From the NCBI GenBank assembly GCA_965113315.1, contig OZ220364.1: 64,000 nt of DNA. One strand, written 5' to 3'. The position numbers and the translations under genes are program-made. Source of the DNA: Podarcis vaucheri (Eukaryota). The notes under the pieces were generated by a model that saw only the letters and a program-made list of their open reading frames with translations, ran no database searches and was not told the DNA's origin. Of the stretch, positions 1 to 13,377 are shown piece by piece. Position 1 is the first letter of the stretch, and each line of letters begins with the position of its first letter.

Positions 1-277
1 GCCACCTACTTGCCACTAAAAGTTTTGCACCTAAAATATATTGTTCAAATATATATGTTTATGGCATAAAAGGGAATCGAGTTGAAGAACAATCATCCTC
101 AGGATTTCCAGTTCCTGGTTTTCCTTTAGCATTCAGCTGCTCGTTTCTCTTCTACCTGCCCCTCAGAGACATCAAGGGCATCTAAGCCAATAGGACTGTG
201 GCATCTGATCAAATCACTAAACAGTGCATTTGGACAAAAGCCGCCAATATTGCTATGGTACATGAATTTATCTAGGG

Positions 278-279
<2 letters not shown>

Positions 280-325
<46 letters not shown>
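280..325. repeat. (CA)n microsatellite
   Basis: Direct inspection, ~23 units. Confidence 0.98.
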
Positions 326-327
<2 letters not shown>

Positions 328-2029
328 TAGTTTGCTATTACAAAAAACAAGAGATTTTCCTACATTCCATTATTTTGGCAGAAGCAGAAATGTATCCTTA
401 ACATTTGGCCTATGAACTATTCATAACCACATTATCCTCACTCTTAACCATTAGTAGTTTTTCTTTTCTAAGTTAAAAAATTCATACTCCATAAGCCTCT
501 TCTCCATAATCCATAAGCAGGGTGCTGCACTGAGTTTTGAACTACTAGTTTTGTCTACTAGATTTGTCAGTGGGTGGCGGCTGTGCTGCTTTTTCCATTT
601 TTTATTTTTGCATGGTGCCTCAAAACATCTAGCAATCATTGCCGTGTCTCAGCTGTGAAGCATACCTGAGGCAGGTTGTGGCTGGATTTATAATTTCAAA
701 GCATTCCATTCACTAGTCAGCAACAACATAGCAGGGGTCACAAGCCTTTTTCAGCCTGTGGGCACATGCAAACAAGATAAACTGTCATGGGCATATACAC
801 CCCACCCCACAATTAAGCACACACTGCAACCTCTTCTAATGGCTTCCACATAATCCTTATTTCAAGTCTTAATTTCAGCAGGGCGAAGAGACCCTGTGGG
901 CACCGAGAAAGATCTCTTGAGTGCAAGTGTACCTGAGGACCCCACATTAGCAACATCTGAAAGGAAATGGCAATTTGGGGGTATACCCTAAGATCCTGTG
1001 GGGCAAAAGTAGGCCCAAGACTATAGTGTAAATTCTTGTGTCACTCCGCAGATTGACATTCTTCTGCACAAGTCTTCATTCCTCTTGTCTACATTTATGG
1101 ACGCCAAAACATTGCATGGCAAGCAGTGATTGGTGTCCATTGGGAGTTGGTAAGGCTGAAGTCAGGGAGATCAACAGTAGGTGGAGGCTACTGACAGGCT
1201 GAGCCACCCCCTGGCTGGTGGTTGCAGATAAAGAAGGCAGGCAGGTGGGAGCTTGCTGTGGGCTGTCTGAGGTTGGTGGGGCAGGGGCAGGGCACCATGC
1301 ACTCTAACAGAGCAGCCTCCACTGCCCTGGACGCACCTCAGACTCAGCCTATCCCACCTTTCTGGGCAGGCCCAGCCTGTTCAGTTGAAGATTACTGCCT
1401 TAGGGATGTTAAATTGTGAGGGAGGCTCAGGCCCTTGAGTCTCACTCTAGGCTAAGCAGGCTGACAATAGGACATTAAGCGATTTCTGATTCTTAATGTT
1501 TCGGTGCCAGTTGAAGCCTCAAAGACCTGCTCCGCCCCTCAGGCTTTTTAATTTGCTTCAGGCCTCCCTGAAGGCAAGGGACACAACCTGCCTGTGTGGA
1601 TCTCTACCAGAAGTGCAGACAGTGACTCTGACACAATTATTAGCTGAGGAAGGAAACCTTGGAATGTCAGTAGCCAAGGCGGAGGCCCAGAAATCCCCTG
1701 TGCTGGGCCAGACCTGCTCACAGGATCAAACTGGGTGACTCCATGCATTCTGGCCTAAGGCAGTTCAGGGATACAAATACAGTAATGAGATCAGCAACAC
1801 TGTGCCTTTGATAAATGATATTGTCCCAGGTTCTCACCCCTGCACGACAAGCACCCCTGCGCTTTCGGCAATTCCCTCTTCTACGCAATCATTAAAAGAT
1901 ACAAGAGCTATTATGTACAGCAGGGGCCACGGTGGTTCAAGCTGGCGCTTTCTGAACCTATTCGCTGTGGTGATGGATGGGTTGGAGTTTTGTTCTAGAT
2001 GTGTTATTTTCTCCCTCCTCTATTTAAAA

Positions 2030-2275
2030 ATTTATTTAAAATATTATTTATATGCTGCCCTTCATCAAAAATTGATTCTAGGGCAGCTCGCAATAATATA
2101 ACAAGTGAAAAATACAACTCAAATGACACCATAAAACACAGAGATAAAAACAGCCAATAAAACAGATATGTCATACTTAAAAAGCCTGGGTGAATAAAAA
2201 AAGGTTTTTGCCTGGTGCCAAAACAATAGTAACATTGGCGCCAAGTTAGCTTCCCTGAGAAGGGCAATAAACAAC
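2030..2275 (-). mobile_element. L2-type LINE 3' end fragment
   Basis: TTATTTATA..GCCCTTCA..GGGCAGCT tail plus AAAAGCCTGGGTGAATAAAAA..GTTTTTGCCTGG; similar short tails near 29590, 40160, 48770, 63540; ends approximate. Confidence 0.5.
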
Positions 2276-5131
2276 AGGGTAGCAGTAGAGGGCCAATGCA
2301 TGAAAAAGGGCAGCTTGATCTTCAGCTATTCTTCAGCTATTCAGCATGGCAAGAGCTCTCTGAAATCTGTTCATTCTCTTTGTTGAGCTTTTACTATTCA
2401 ATTTTGCATTGCATGGAAATGTTCTAGTCATCTGTACTGTTGTAGGATTGGGGGTTTGGACGGGAAAGAGGTCATGGGGCTAGAAGTCCGGTTGGCTCTT
2501 AACAGCTCTGGCAAAGTTGGCAAGTACCTCCTTTATTAGGGAAACTAAAAGTCAGTAGCCCACCCTGACCATGGAAAGGGGAGAGCCAGGTTTGTGTCTT
2601 ACACAGTTCTAAGCAACTTTCCTGTCAGCACAAAGGTTTCTGCATAGACAACAGGAATTCCTCCCTTTGCTTCCCCCTAACTCTGTTCTGGGCATTCCTC
2701 CCACCCTCCCAAGAAGATTTGTGAAGTCGGTGATGCACACATGGTGGGGAGTGAAATCTACATGTCTTTCAAACTGATCCCTTTCCCCAGGTATATGTGA
2801 GGAAAAAGTGGGGCAGAAAGAATGTCTTAATGATAAAACACAGATGGGAATTTGTCTAATCCAGTCATCCTTAAATATAGCAATGCTCTGCATTTACAAA
2901 GACCACCTAAAATGGCTAAACTCAACAAAAACCTGAAAGCAGATGGGGAAAAGCACTTGTTTTCATCTACCAAAAGATAAAAGCAGGTAAAAAAATAAAC
3001 CATGACTGGCAATCTGTAAAACTCAAACATGATATTCCTACGTATTAATATAAATGTATTAAAGATAAAACAAAGGGGGGCAGGAAAAACAGAAAAACAA
3101 AATCACTCGCTCACATTCATAATAGAATAAACATCCATACATCCATCTTGATTTATACATAGTTTAATCCATACTATCCAAATGTCCAGACGGGTATCCA
3201 AACAAAAGTTGGCATTCATAGAAATTGCATTCAAATGTAGGAGGGGTGCCATGCTAATTTAAACTCTGGTTGGTCATAGGTTTTAAAGTCAAATATACAA
3301 TTGCTCTAACACTAAATAATGGTAAAATCCTGACTATACAGCCCAGCCCTACATTTCTGGTAACCCTAACCTAGTACTTAGTCATGCACTCAGTCCTCTT
3401 TTGTAAGGCAACCCTGTACTACCCTGAGTTCCTTTGTACATAACCTGCATTTGGCAAATTTATTTATTTAAAACATATTTCACCCGCTTTTCATTGCACA
3501 AGGTATTTCAGAATGAGCTACTTACCTTCAGACAGAGGTATCCTTCCACTAACTACTCTGTGTTCTGTTTCAGAACTGGCTTGTAAGGCTTTCCTCAGCT
3601 AACTACTATAGTTCTGATTGTCACAACCTGTGGATAATTAGCTCCATTGTGCACCTGGCTTATGCATAGCTGCTTAGGCCAACTATGAGGAATGCCTGCA
3701 GTGGGTCTTGCAGAGCAGACCCACTTACTGGCAGCTGTGCATTTGAAAATTGGCAGCCAAGATAGGGGAGGGACAATCTGAAGCGGATAAAAATAGGTAG
3801 GGGAAGGGTTAAATCCCCACACCTGCCACCACTCTCCCATTCAAAGCCACCCCCTTGCATCCTTTCCTGAGGTAAAAGTGGGGTATCAGGCTTTAGTTAA
3901 ACATTTAGGCCTGTAATTTGTAGTTAGGAATTCCTCAGTGAGTTTGGCATAGCCAGAGAGTTTAAACTGACAGGCTCTAGCCACTGATGCAAAATCTGTA
4001 TCCAAGGTCAACCAGAGGTTAATGCACTATTTGGAACTCTTTAATTAAAACTAATACATTTATACATTTGCTGGGCATCTAAAGTAGTGCCGAAACTAAA
4101 TATTAGCCAAATGTATCTGAGCATAAAATGCTGTTGATGCAATTTCTTTCCACTGTGTGTTACTCATCAGGAAATAATGGGAACCTTAATGAGCATTAAT
4201 TTCTCAACATATCAGGGCAGCTGATGAACTAAAAATCAGCTGAGTGTTCACTGACCCTTGTCGTTGGTGCTGTTTATTTCTGTATCATGGCCTAAAGATG
4301 CTGCTGGAGGCGCCTTGTTCATTTACTTGCCATCTTCTGAATCAACTGGAGCTCTTTGATATCCTCGGGTGATCAACAACCTTTTGCTCCTCTTCTTCAA
4401 GAGTAGGGGTAAGTAATCATGTGTTGCTCATTAAGTCCAAGAACCAGTGGGACTATTCTATGGGAGGCAGGGGGAAGGTAAGAAAGCATGATTATTGAAT
4501 TCAGCTCACAAACTTTGTGATGAAGCAAACTTTGTTTGTTACTTCTCCCTTGGTAACAGTGTTCTTTTAAAGCTAGTCATTCATTCCTCCTTCATTTATT
4601 CTTCAGTCACACCATTTGCAATTGATTTGTATTACACTAAAAGCCAGCGTACATTTGAGGACCATATTGTAGAAATATTAAAGACTGTTTATAAAGCTAC
4701 ATTGGTGGGTTCCAGGGTTGGATTTCCTATACTCAGAAGGAAGGTACATTGAGTTCAATATGATTTACTCTCAAGTATGTCTGTATAGGGGGACGCAAAC
4801 TATGGTTGTCTGTACCCTTTTCCCTTCATGTTGTGAAGCAAATTCCTCTTTGACTCCAAAAAATTATGAAGCATGTGGTGTAGTTTGGAAAGGGGGTTGT
4901 TTATTACAGAAGTGGAAAACGTAGCATAGTGTCAAAGACGGAAGTTAAAAAGAAAAAAGTATAATATTTTTCCCCAAAATAGGAATCGCTGCCGTAGGTT
5001 TGCCCATTTCTATTTCCATCTTGAAAGTGGGAATTCTACTCCCTCTCCCTCCCCAAAGAATTTTGGTGGTATTAAATTAAGCTTTACTCAGAGAAGACCT
5101 GTTGAATTTAAGGGACCTAATTTAGCCACAT

Positions 5132-5495
5132 GGGACGCAGGTGGTGCTGTGGTCTAAACCACTGAGCCTAGGGCTTGCCAATCGGAAGGTCGGCGGTTCG
5201 AATCCCTGCGACGGGGTGAGCTCTCGTTGCTCGGTCCCAGCTCCTGCCAACCTAGCAGTTGGAAAGCACGTCAAAGTGCAAGTAGATAAATAGGTACCGC
5301 TCCAGTAGGAAGGTAAACAATGCTTCCATGCGTTGCTCTGGTTTCTCCAGAAGCAGCTTAGTCATGCTGGCCATATGACCCGGAAAAACTGTCTGCGGAC
5401 AAACGCCGGCTCCCTCAGCCAGTAAAGCGAGATAAGCGCCGCAACCCCAGAGTCGTTCGTGACTGTACTTAACTGTCAGGGGCCCTTTACCTTTT
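5132..5495 (+). mobile_element. Sauria SINE, full length
   Basis: tRNA-like head (GGGACGC..GGTTCGAATCC), AAGTAGATAAATAGGTACC core, CCTTTACCTTT tail; homologous to three other copies in the window. Confidence 0.9.
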
Positions 5496-8355
5496 TAATG
5501 TCTGTATATGATGGTTGCCTTAAATACACCTTTACCACTTGTTTTCAGTACCCATAATCTATCATAACTGAGGTGTTAGCCCCGCTGTGGCTACTTCTTG
5601 AAGTTCAAATACATGACAAAGGCCCACTGAATGTTCTATTTTCAGGTCTGTTCTAAGGCTACCAGTATTGGCGCTGCTGCCCAGTGATTCAGTCCCCCAC
5701 CCAAAACTTTCCCAGTCTTTATAGAATTTCCAGATTGACCAGAATTTTCATTCTATCGCAAATGCTTTGCAACTGTCAAGAACTTGGGATGCACTGAGCA
5801 GTATGGTGCATGCAAACAGTTAATAGAGGATGTGCATGCCGTGCTCTAAGAAGAGTAGTCGGCAACTAACGTGGAGGGAGGGGGGGAGAGAAATGGGCAT
5901 GACAGGCCAGATGCTATAATTGCTGAAAGGCAGAGAGTATTTTAATTTGAAATAATATGATATATTTATTTTGCAAGTGAAATATGCACCTGTCACGTCA
6001 CTCCCTAGGGGCATTTGAAGGCTAATGCACATAACTCACTGGCCAACGTTAACGGTTAGAGACTCGCATCTCTCAGAGTAAATTATGTGCCTAGCCTATA
6101 ACCTCCTCCCTGGGGTAAAAGCTTGCATGGGCAGATAGATCTCTCATTCTCTTCGGGTGGCAACAAATCAAGGAGGACAGAGAGCAAATTCCAGAGCCAA
6201 AGGTGCTTGCAGGCACAGCCTACCTATGTTTCCAGATGTTCAGTTGTAAGGGCTGCTTGAATGACTTGGCTTCCTTGAGTGTGGCAGTGAGACAGGGTGA
6301 AAATTATCTTGGTGAGGCTGTGCTCTCTCAGATGGTCAGAGCTCATTTGTGTTTATTTGCCTTTCTGAATAAATAAACAAGGGAAGAGAGAGGTGGAGTT
6401 GCTTTGAATGGCTTGAAATGTGCCCCTTTTTAAGATGATAATGTCACAATGTGCAATTTGAGTTGAAGGATGGTGGCAGGACAGTGTCCTTGGGCATGTG
6501 GGGGTGGGGCAAAATAAGGCACTAGTAGTTACCTACCACATTACATCACTCATCACAGATTGTGGGTATCCAGCTAAATCCCTCCACACAAAGAAAGACA
6601 TCTGCAAAATATGAGAGCAATGGCACCTTCCCCCACTCCCAAATCTGCTCTGTACCCCATAACAGATTTGAGAGGCATTGGGAGGGGGAGTTCCATTGTG
6701 TTCACAGATGTTGTTCCACTTTTCCCACAATGATTTTGTTGGATAAAACCCAACAGATTTCCTCCTAGTTATTACATTTGCATTCCCCTCCCTAACATGG
6801 AACGGCAGATACAGTTCTGACACCAGTCTGTTAAATCATGGCCAACGTGCCCATTGGAGCTCCCATTGACACCTGATGGACGAAATTTTAATGGATGTAA
6901 GTGGGCTGGTTTATGCTCTTTTGATCCCAGCAAGTTCACATTGGAGTGTCTCGTCTGAAGAAGTTTGGAACTGATTTGATAAGCTGTAGTATGTAAATTG
7001 CTGAGAAGGGACCTGCCAGCCTAAGTGAGGGGATGAAGCTCTGAATTTATGACCCCTGGCAAATCCGACTACTTGATCCTCTTGAAAGGCATTTTGCTTT
7101 CAAAATGGACTTTTCCTCCCCTAAAGTGAGTTTCATTTAAATTCCAGTCTATTAGACCATTTCTGACAACTGAAATAGTAAATAATATCCATGGTTTTCA
7201 AGGAATGAGCTGGCAAGGTTATTTCCCTTTAGGGGGAGTTTAGATAATGCCACACTCGTTTTGAATAATGGATGGCTGTTCCAGAGAAATGCTGCATGAA
7301 AAGATATGGCAAAGATCCTCCCACATGCAGGGCGATATTTCCCAGTTTGAGTGAGAAAGTGGCGAGGATTAAAATCCTACGTGTGCTCCCAGCATTGCCA
7401 TTGTGCAGATGGGAGCTCATTAGGTTGACTGCATTCCGCTATGTACCAGCAACCAGGCAAGGATGTGTGATCGATGCACAGAAGTCTGCCTAATCGTGTC
7501 TTAATTTGATTCCTTTTTTTTTTTAATTAATAAAAACAACCCCATCTCTCAGGTGATCCAACATGCACATGGAGTCTGCACATGCAAAGGCCTTGATGGA
7601 GAAAAAGGAGGCTTTGCACATGGTTCCCAGAGAGCTTTGGCTAGGAAGTACGTATTGATCATGTTTGCTGCAGGCAGAGGCTAGCGGCTCTTTTCAAACA
7701 CATAGTGCAGTACTTAGTAGTTTATTAGATTCTTGGCTCATTGGGTCAAGGACTTGTTCTCTTCTCCCCACCTGCCAATGCCCTATATTCTATAAAGAGC
7801 CATGTGCAGTGACATTGCTATAGAAATAATAAACAGCAATGAAATATTAGCAATTTGGAAAAAGGTTATGAAGATTAGGGTGACAGTAGTGTTATGGCAA
7901 TGACCCATCCTCTTCTCTGTTCTAAGCTGCTGTTGGATGTGCAGAGGCCTCCACAAAGCAGCCCATTCTGGCTCTGTCTATCTTGACTTTTGAAAGTCAC
8001 TAGCTATAAAGACTTGCTGAAAGAATCTCTTGCTGGCACTAAGGGGACGAGGCCACACTGGTGGCCCAGTGGATGCTATGCAAGGGATACTGGACTGCCT
8101 TGTCTTCATCCTCACTCCTTCCATGCCCTTCCCAACTATCCCTAGCATAGGCACCACCTCTTGGGGGTTGAGGGGGTCTGGCCCCCTTAACTTTCAGAGG
8201 GTGTTCAGCTCGGCCCCCTGGCTCCTCACGACATCATAGAGCATTCCTGGGAATCACCAGTGGAGTTTTTCATATGACAGTACATGAAAACTGGTGTGTT
8301 GCAATTTTATTGTCTTTATTAAATGGGCATAGGTAAATGAATTCATTGTGTAGTA

Positions 8356-8572
8356 CAGTGGTACCCTGGTTTTCGAAAGTAATCCATTCCGGAAGTCCAT
8401 TCGACTTCCAAAATGTTCAAAAACCAAGGCACAGCTTCCAATTGGCTGCAGAAGCCTCAGACATTTGGCTTCCGAAAAACGTTTGAAAACTGGAACACTT
8501 ACTTCCGGGTTTTCGGCATTCAGGAGCCGATTTGTTCGTCAACTAAACCATTTGAGAACCAAGGTCACACTG
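8356..8572. mobile_element. Tc1/mariner (Tigger-like) MITE
   Basis: TA-CAGTGGTACC...GGTCACACTG-TA termini; TA target duplication. Confidence 0.8.
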
Positions 8573-8856
8573 TATAATTTATGGATAATCTCAGTTCTGT
8601 TTATCGTGCGAGCGGAATGACTGCCATTCATGCAGCATTCTCTCCTCCCCCCAAATGTGTTCGGGGGGGGCAGAGCAGATGGAAGGGTGCATATGCAGGA
8701 GCATGCAGGAGAGAGATGGGAAGCTTCACTTGGACAATGACTTTGTTGAATACAGCCCCGTAAAATATGCTTGAACCCTTGATCTTATTCCCTTCTCCGC
8801 ATGCATTCAGCTTCTGCACATGGAGTCTCCCAAGTGGAATAGCTATGCATCCTAGT

Positions 8857-9121
8857 CACTGGCGGAGAAACAGGGGGCAGGGCCGGGGAGTGCACCACCC
8901 CTGGCACCATCGGGGAGGGGGGTACCATCGCGGCCACCCCCGGACACGTGCCGCGCACCCCCCCCACCGCACCGGGGTGCCACACCCCTGCGTGGCACAC
9001 CACGCCCCCAGGGGCAGCGCGCCATTCCCATGGGGTGCATGCCATGCCCCACAGGATGTGCACCAGCCATGCCCCCACCTGCTCTCCACCCCCGGTGCCA
9101 GAGCATGCAGCTTCGCCACTG
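8857..9121. mobile_element. GC-rich hAT-type MITE
   Basis: TIRs CACTGGCGGAG / CTTCGCCACTG; 8-bp TSD ATCCTAGT (8849-8856) / ATCCTACT (9122-9129). Confidence 0.8.
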
Positions 9122-12100
9122 ATCCTACTCTGCAGAGGACAGTCCTCTGTTTGAAGGGCTCTCTGAGGACAGTATTGGGGGGGGGGGGACCAGCCCTCTG
9201 TTGGAAAGACTGTCTCAGAGTCTAGTTTCAAGATCAGGACAGCAGACCAAGTGGCATTCCCCACTATAGTGAGATGCATTGCTTTTTTCCATATAAATAA
9301 TAGCAATCGTTTTTAAAATTTGCACCTGTACATACAAATTAACGTATTTCGAAACCATGTAAACCTATGCCCTCTTTTATCCTCCTTTTTGGTGAGGGGC
9401 TTCCTTTTTTGTTTTGTTTTGGTGATGCGTAAGTGACTGCGCTATTGTCACAGATGGACAGCAGGCGGCAGGATACCATGAAAACCCCTCACCATTTTAT
9501 TTTATTTTAATGGGCTCTGCAGTTCAAAATGGCAATGCCTCCCTAGGCATGAAACACGGCGCATTTTACATAATTGGTTTAGCTGCAAAATAAGCAGATA
9601 AATAAATGTTAATGAACAGCTGGTCTCAATAAACAAGATAAATTAAAATTAATAATAATCTTATTCATTTAATGAACATGCTAACCATATTTTTAAAGGT
9701 AGGGATAAAAAATGCATGAACTCCTGCAGGGAGGTGTGAAGCCAAGCGAAAGAAATGTGTTTACAGGCACTCCAGGGCTACCTTTGAGCTTCGCAGGGAG
9801 TGGGCATTTTGCCAAAAGCTTTGCTTTTCCTTATCCCCAGTGGCGGTGGTGGCCATGGTGGTGAGATTTTCTTACTCCACTTTTTAGTCAGCCTCTCTCT
9901 TCTGTGCATACTAAGCCAGATGTAAAACAAATAAGCTGCCACTGCCCTGTTCCTTGAGTGTTTCAAGTTATCTGCACCAGCACTTTTTTCCATGTCTGCT
10001 TAACTTCTGGGTGTCAGGCTACTGAGAAAGACCAAGGAAGGTGGCCAGGAAAAAGGAGTCCTGCTTCCAAAAGCAGGCAGTGAAGGGAGAAAGCAGGCAA
10101 AAGGACTGGCATGGCAAGTGAAGGGGAGAAATGGCAAGTACTTGACTGGCGCCATGTTTAGATTACTGCAATGTGCTCTACAGCTAGCTGCTATTGAGGA
10201 GCCATCAGAAGCTGCAGTAGGTCCAGAAATGCTGCAGCTGGACTGTTTAAGAAGGGAGTGCATTAAGGGTCAAGGACGAGTGTTTGCTTTTGCTTTTTCC
10301 AGCTGAATGCCCCATTGGATGAGTGGAAGCAGTGTGTCAGATTTCCCAAAGCATGGGAAAGAAAGCCCCTCCAGAAATATGCCTCCCACCTATGACACCC
10401 ACACCCACCCAGAGAGAGAAAGAGAGTCCCTCTTTTTGTTTCACTACAGACAGCCTTCCAAAGCACAGTGCCAGGACTTTGTTTCATGTTTAGGGTTATC
10501 CTGCATTAATGAGCAGCAATGCTGGGTTTAACTGCAAGTCCAGAGACTTCAGAAAATAAGCTAACTGCTCACTAAGCTTTTAGGCATGAATGGGGAACCC
10601 TGTTCCCCACCACCACCACCAAGGCATGCTGGAAGTTGTAGTACAGCAATATCTGGTTTCCCCATCCCTGCTTTTAAAGTTGCAACCTGAAGCTACTAAC
10701 TAGGGGGGGCAGACCCCTTACTCCTGAGTAGGCTTGTGCTGTTTACCACTGCCATGTGGCTCCTGTGTGTTTGCAATCCCCCTTTTGAAGCCTTGCTCAG
10801 AGCTGTGTCATCTGAAGGGCTTTGAACTCAAATTTTAACCAATTCTGAGACAAGAAAGTTAAATGATTATATGTCTGTCTCCAGGCTTGGACTAGCTTCA
10901 GGGGCGACTGTGATGTTTGAAAGGGGCAGGAGGTACTTAACATCATTTGACCAGTTGGTGAGAAGCATACTTTGATACTGAATTAGAAGATGGATGTTTG
11001 GCACACTAATTTATGCAATGCTGGTTCCCTGACATTGTCAGTGGATTTCACCCCAGGGTATGGGAAATTGAAAGGCACTGATCTATTTGTCTAGCAGTAC
11101 ATCACTGCCTGAGATGATTGCAACCACCCAAGTCCCTGATCAGCAATAGAACTCTACGAGTTTTTTTAATGAACTAATTGATTTGCCCTTCAACTAGTGC
11201 ATTTCAAATGAGCACTAGTCCTGGTTAACCCGATAGTAATCCGGGGTCATCCTAGGAGAAATGCAGGGGCTGACGGAGATTGTGACTCCTTTAGCATAAT
11301 CACAATGGAAAGTTAATAACCAAAGTCAATCTCTGCAGGAAAGAAAAAAGAGCAGAGATCCAAACTGACCCAGTAATTAAGATAGACGAACAGTAACTCT
11401 GAGCATACAGTGATTATGTAAATCAACAAGGTCATGACTGAGATTTTTGGGGGCACAAAATCTCCTTTGTAAGCAGGGTCAGAAAATAGTCCTGACGTTA
11501 TGCCATGTCCATTAATTTTAAATGGGTCTACTCTGAGTAGGACCTAGGCCTTGGTAATGACTTGAGCCCATTGTTTGCATTCACATCAGTGTGCCATATG
11601 GAGCCTACGCAGGGAAGAATTTAAATAAACCTCCATTACATCAAGGTTTGAAAAAAAACCCAACAATTTAGCAGGAGAGAATGATAGCTGCTTGTTTGCA
11701 TGGGCAGGCTCAAGCTCCGACCAATGTAGTCATTTAGCTCAGGTCCCTTCAGATCTTGTTTGACTTGGGGAGGTTTCCCTCTCATTGCCCCCTCATTGCC
11801 AGCGACTGCGCTGGTGTGTGTGATGCATCTTAAAACAAAACAAGAAAAGGTGTTTCTTCCTTGTTTATACAGCCTGGCTAACCCTCTCCTTCTCTCCCCC
11901 TCTTCTCCATCAGACCAGATTAATGAGAATCATCATGGTAGGTCAAACCTGAGACAAAGTACTCGACGGTTCCTTTTTAAGTGCAGCAATTCGATTACAG
12001 ATATTGCACTTTGCCTGCTTTCCATCTTCTCTGCCTTTGTAGATGCTAAAAATATCTCACAATGGCTGAAGAGCGATACTTTTGATCAGAGAGCTTTGTG

Positions 12101-12757
12101 TTAGTCTGAATAGGCTGAATTTAGCTGGGTGAGCAGCCCACAAAAGCATGCAAAATACCAACCCTAGTTATCTCCAAATGCACGACTGGAGAGGAATGAC
12201 TGGTGGAGGGAGACTTGACTGGGGGACCCCCAGTATGGATTCTGCTGTCCCATGTACAGGGAAGTAATTAACAGGCGACATTAAAAACCCACAGAGGGAA
12301 GGACTGCAATTATAAACTCAAGATGGAAATCTTTGCTACTAGGGTAGAGATACCAATTAATTTATCATGGGGGGAAAGAAAACCACGAGTCATTAATAAC
12401 TTTATGAGGAAACAAAACACACAATCTGTGGGTCAGACAGTAATTAAAGCCAGGACTGAGCAATGATCCAAAGCAGCCCCACACTTCACAAAGGTGAATC
12501 TTAAGACTGGACATAAGTGATGACATGGGGGGGATTTAGCGCAGGGGAAACACAGAAGGAGCAAAGTATATTTCTAGGTGGGTAAGAAAGAAAATTGGCA
12601 TCATATGTTAATGACAGGAGTTCAGGAATGGGGGGGGGCAAGCTCCTCTTCAGAGGGTGCTTACCCCACCCTGCACCCCTCTGGGATTGTCTGTGATGGA
12701 CATTCAGTCTTTAACCATTTAGTGTTAGATTTTTGTATTAAAAATTGAACACTGATT

Positions 12758-12759
<2 letters not shown>

Positions 12760-12811
<52 letters not shown>

Positions 12812-12812
12812 T
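12760..12812. repeat. Compound (TC)n(TG)n microsatellite
   Basis: Direct inspection. Confidence 0.97.
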
Positions 12813-13353
12813 AATTTAATTAGAATTAGTATGTGAAGTATGGATTCAGTGCCATACCCCTAGTCCAGTAGGAAGTCACAGCAAAACTGTCACTTATTTT
12901 GGGAGGCTGTCTGCATCCTTTGTTACCAAATGTCACTATACATGCACCACCAATTTTGCAAATAATGAAATGAGGCATCTTGGTTCAAACGGTCTGATTT
13001 TCCTTAGCTTGTGAGAATCAATACCTTTGTTTCAGATGTCAGAAGAACCTTTCCCTGGATATTTGAAAAATATCAAAGAGGTGTGTGAGGGGGAAAGCAT
13101 GTACTCAAAATTTGTAAATGGCATGTTAGAGAACAGAATAGACAACCAAGTACATTTAACTTTCCATCAGTAGAATCCTCCCGGGTGTTGGGAATGACAT
13201 CTCAGTAGAGTTACGTAGTGGTTGGAGCAGCCTTCCTAAAAATAGTGCCCTGCAGTTTCCACCATCCATTTTATCTATGACAATGTAATACAAATCATGA
13301 AACGAATAGATAAGGAGCCAAGCCATGATAGTAGCCCTATATGAGACCATGAA

Positions 13354-13377
13354 TCTCTCTCTCTCTCTCTCTCTCTC
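13354..13377. repeat. (TC)n microsatellite
   Basis: Direct inspection. Confidence 0.95.

Noticed and set aside
8767-9306. His/Pro/Gly-rich ORFs of 152 and 173 aa
   Set aside because: They span a GC-rich MITE delimited by TIRs and an 8-bp TSD; no splice or homology support
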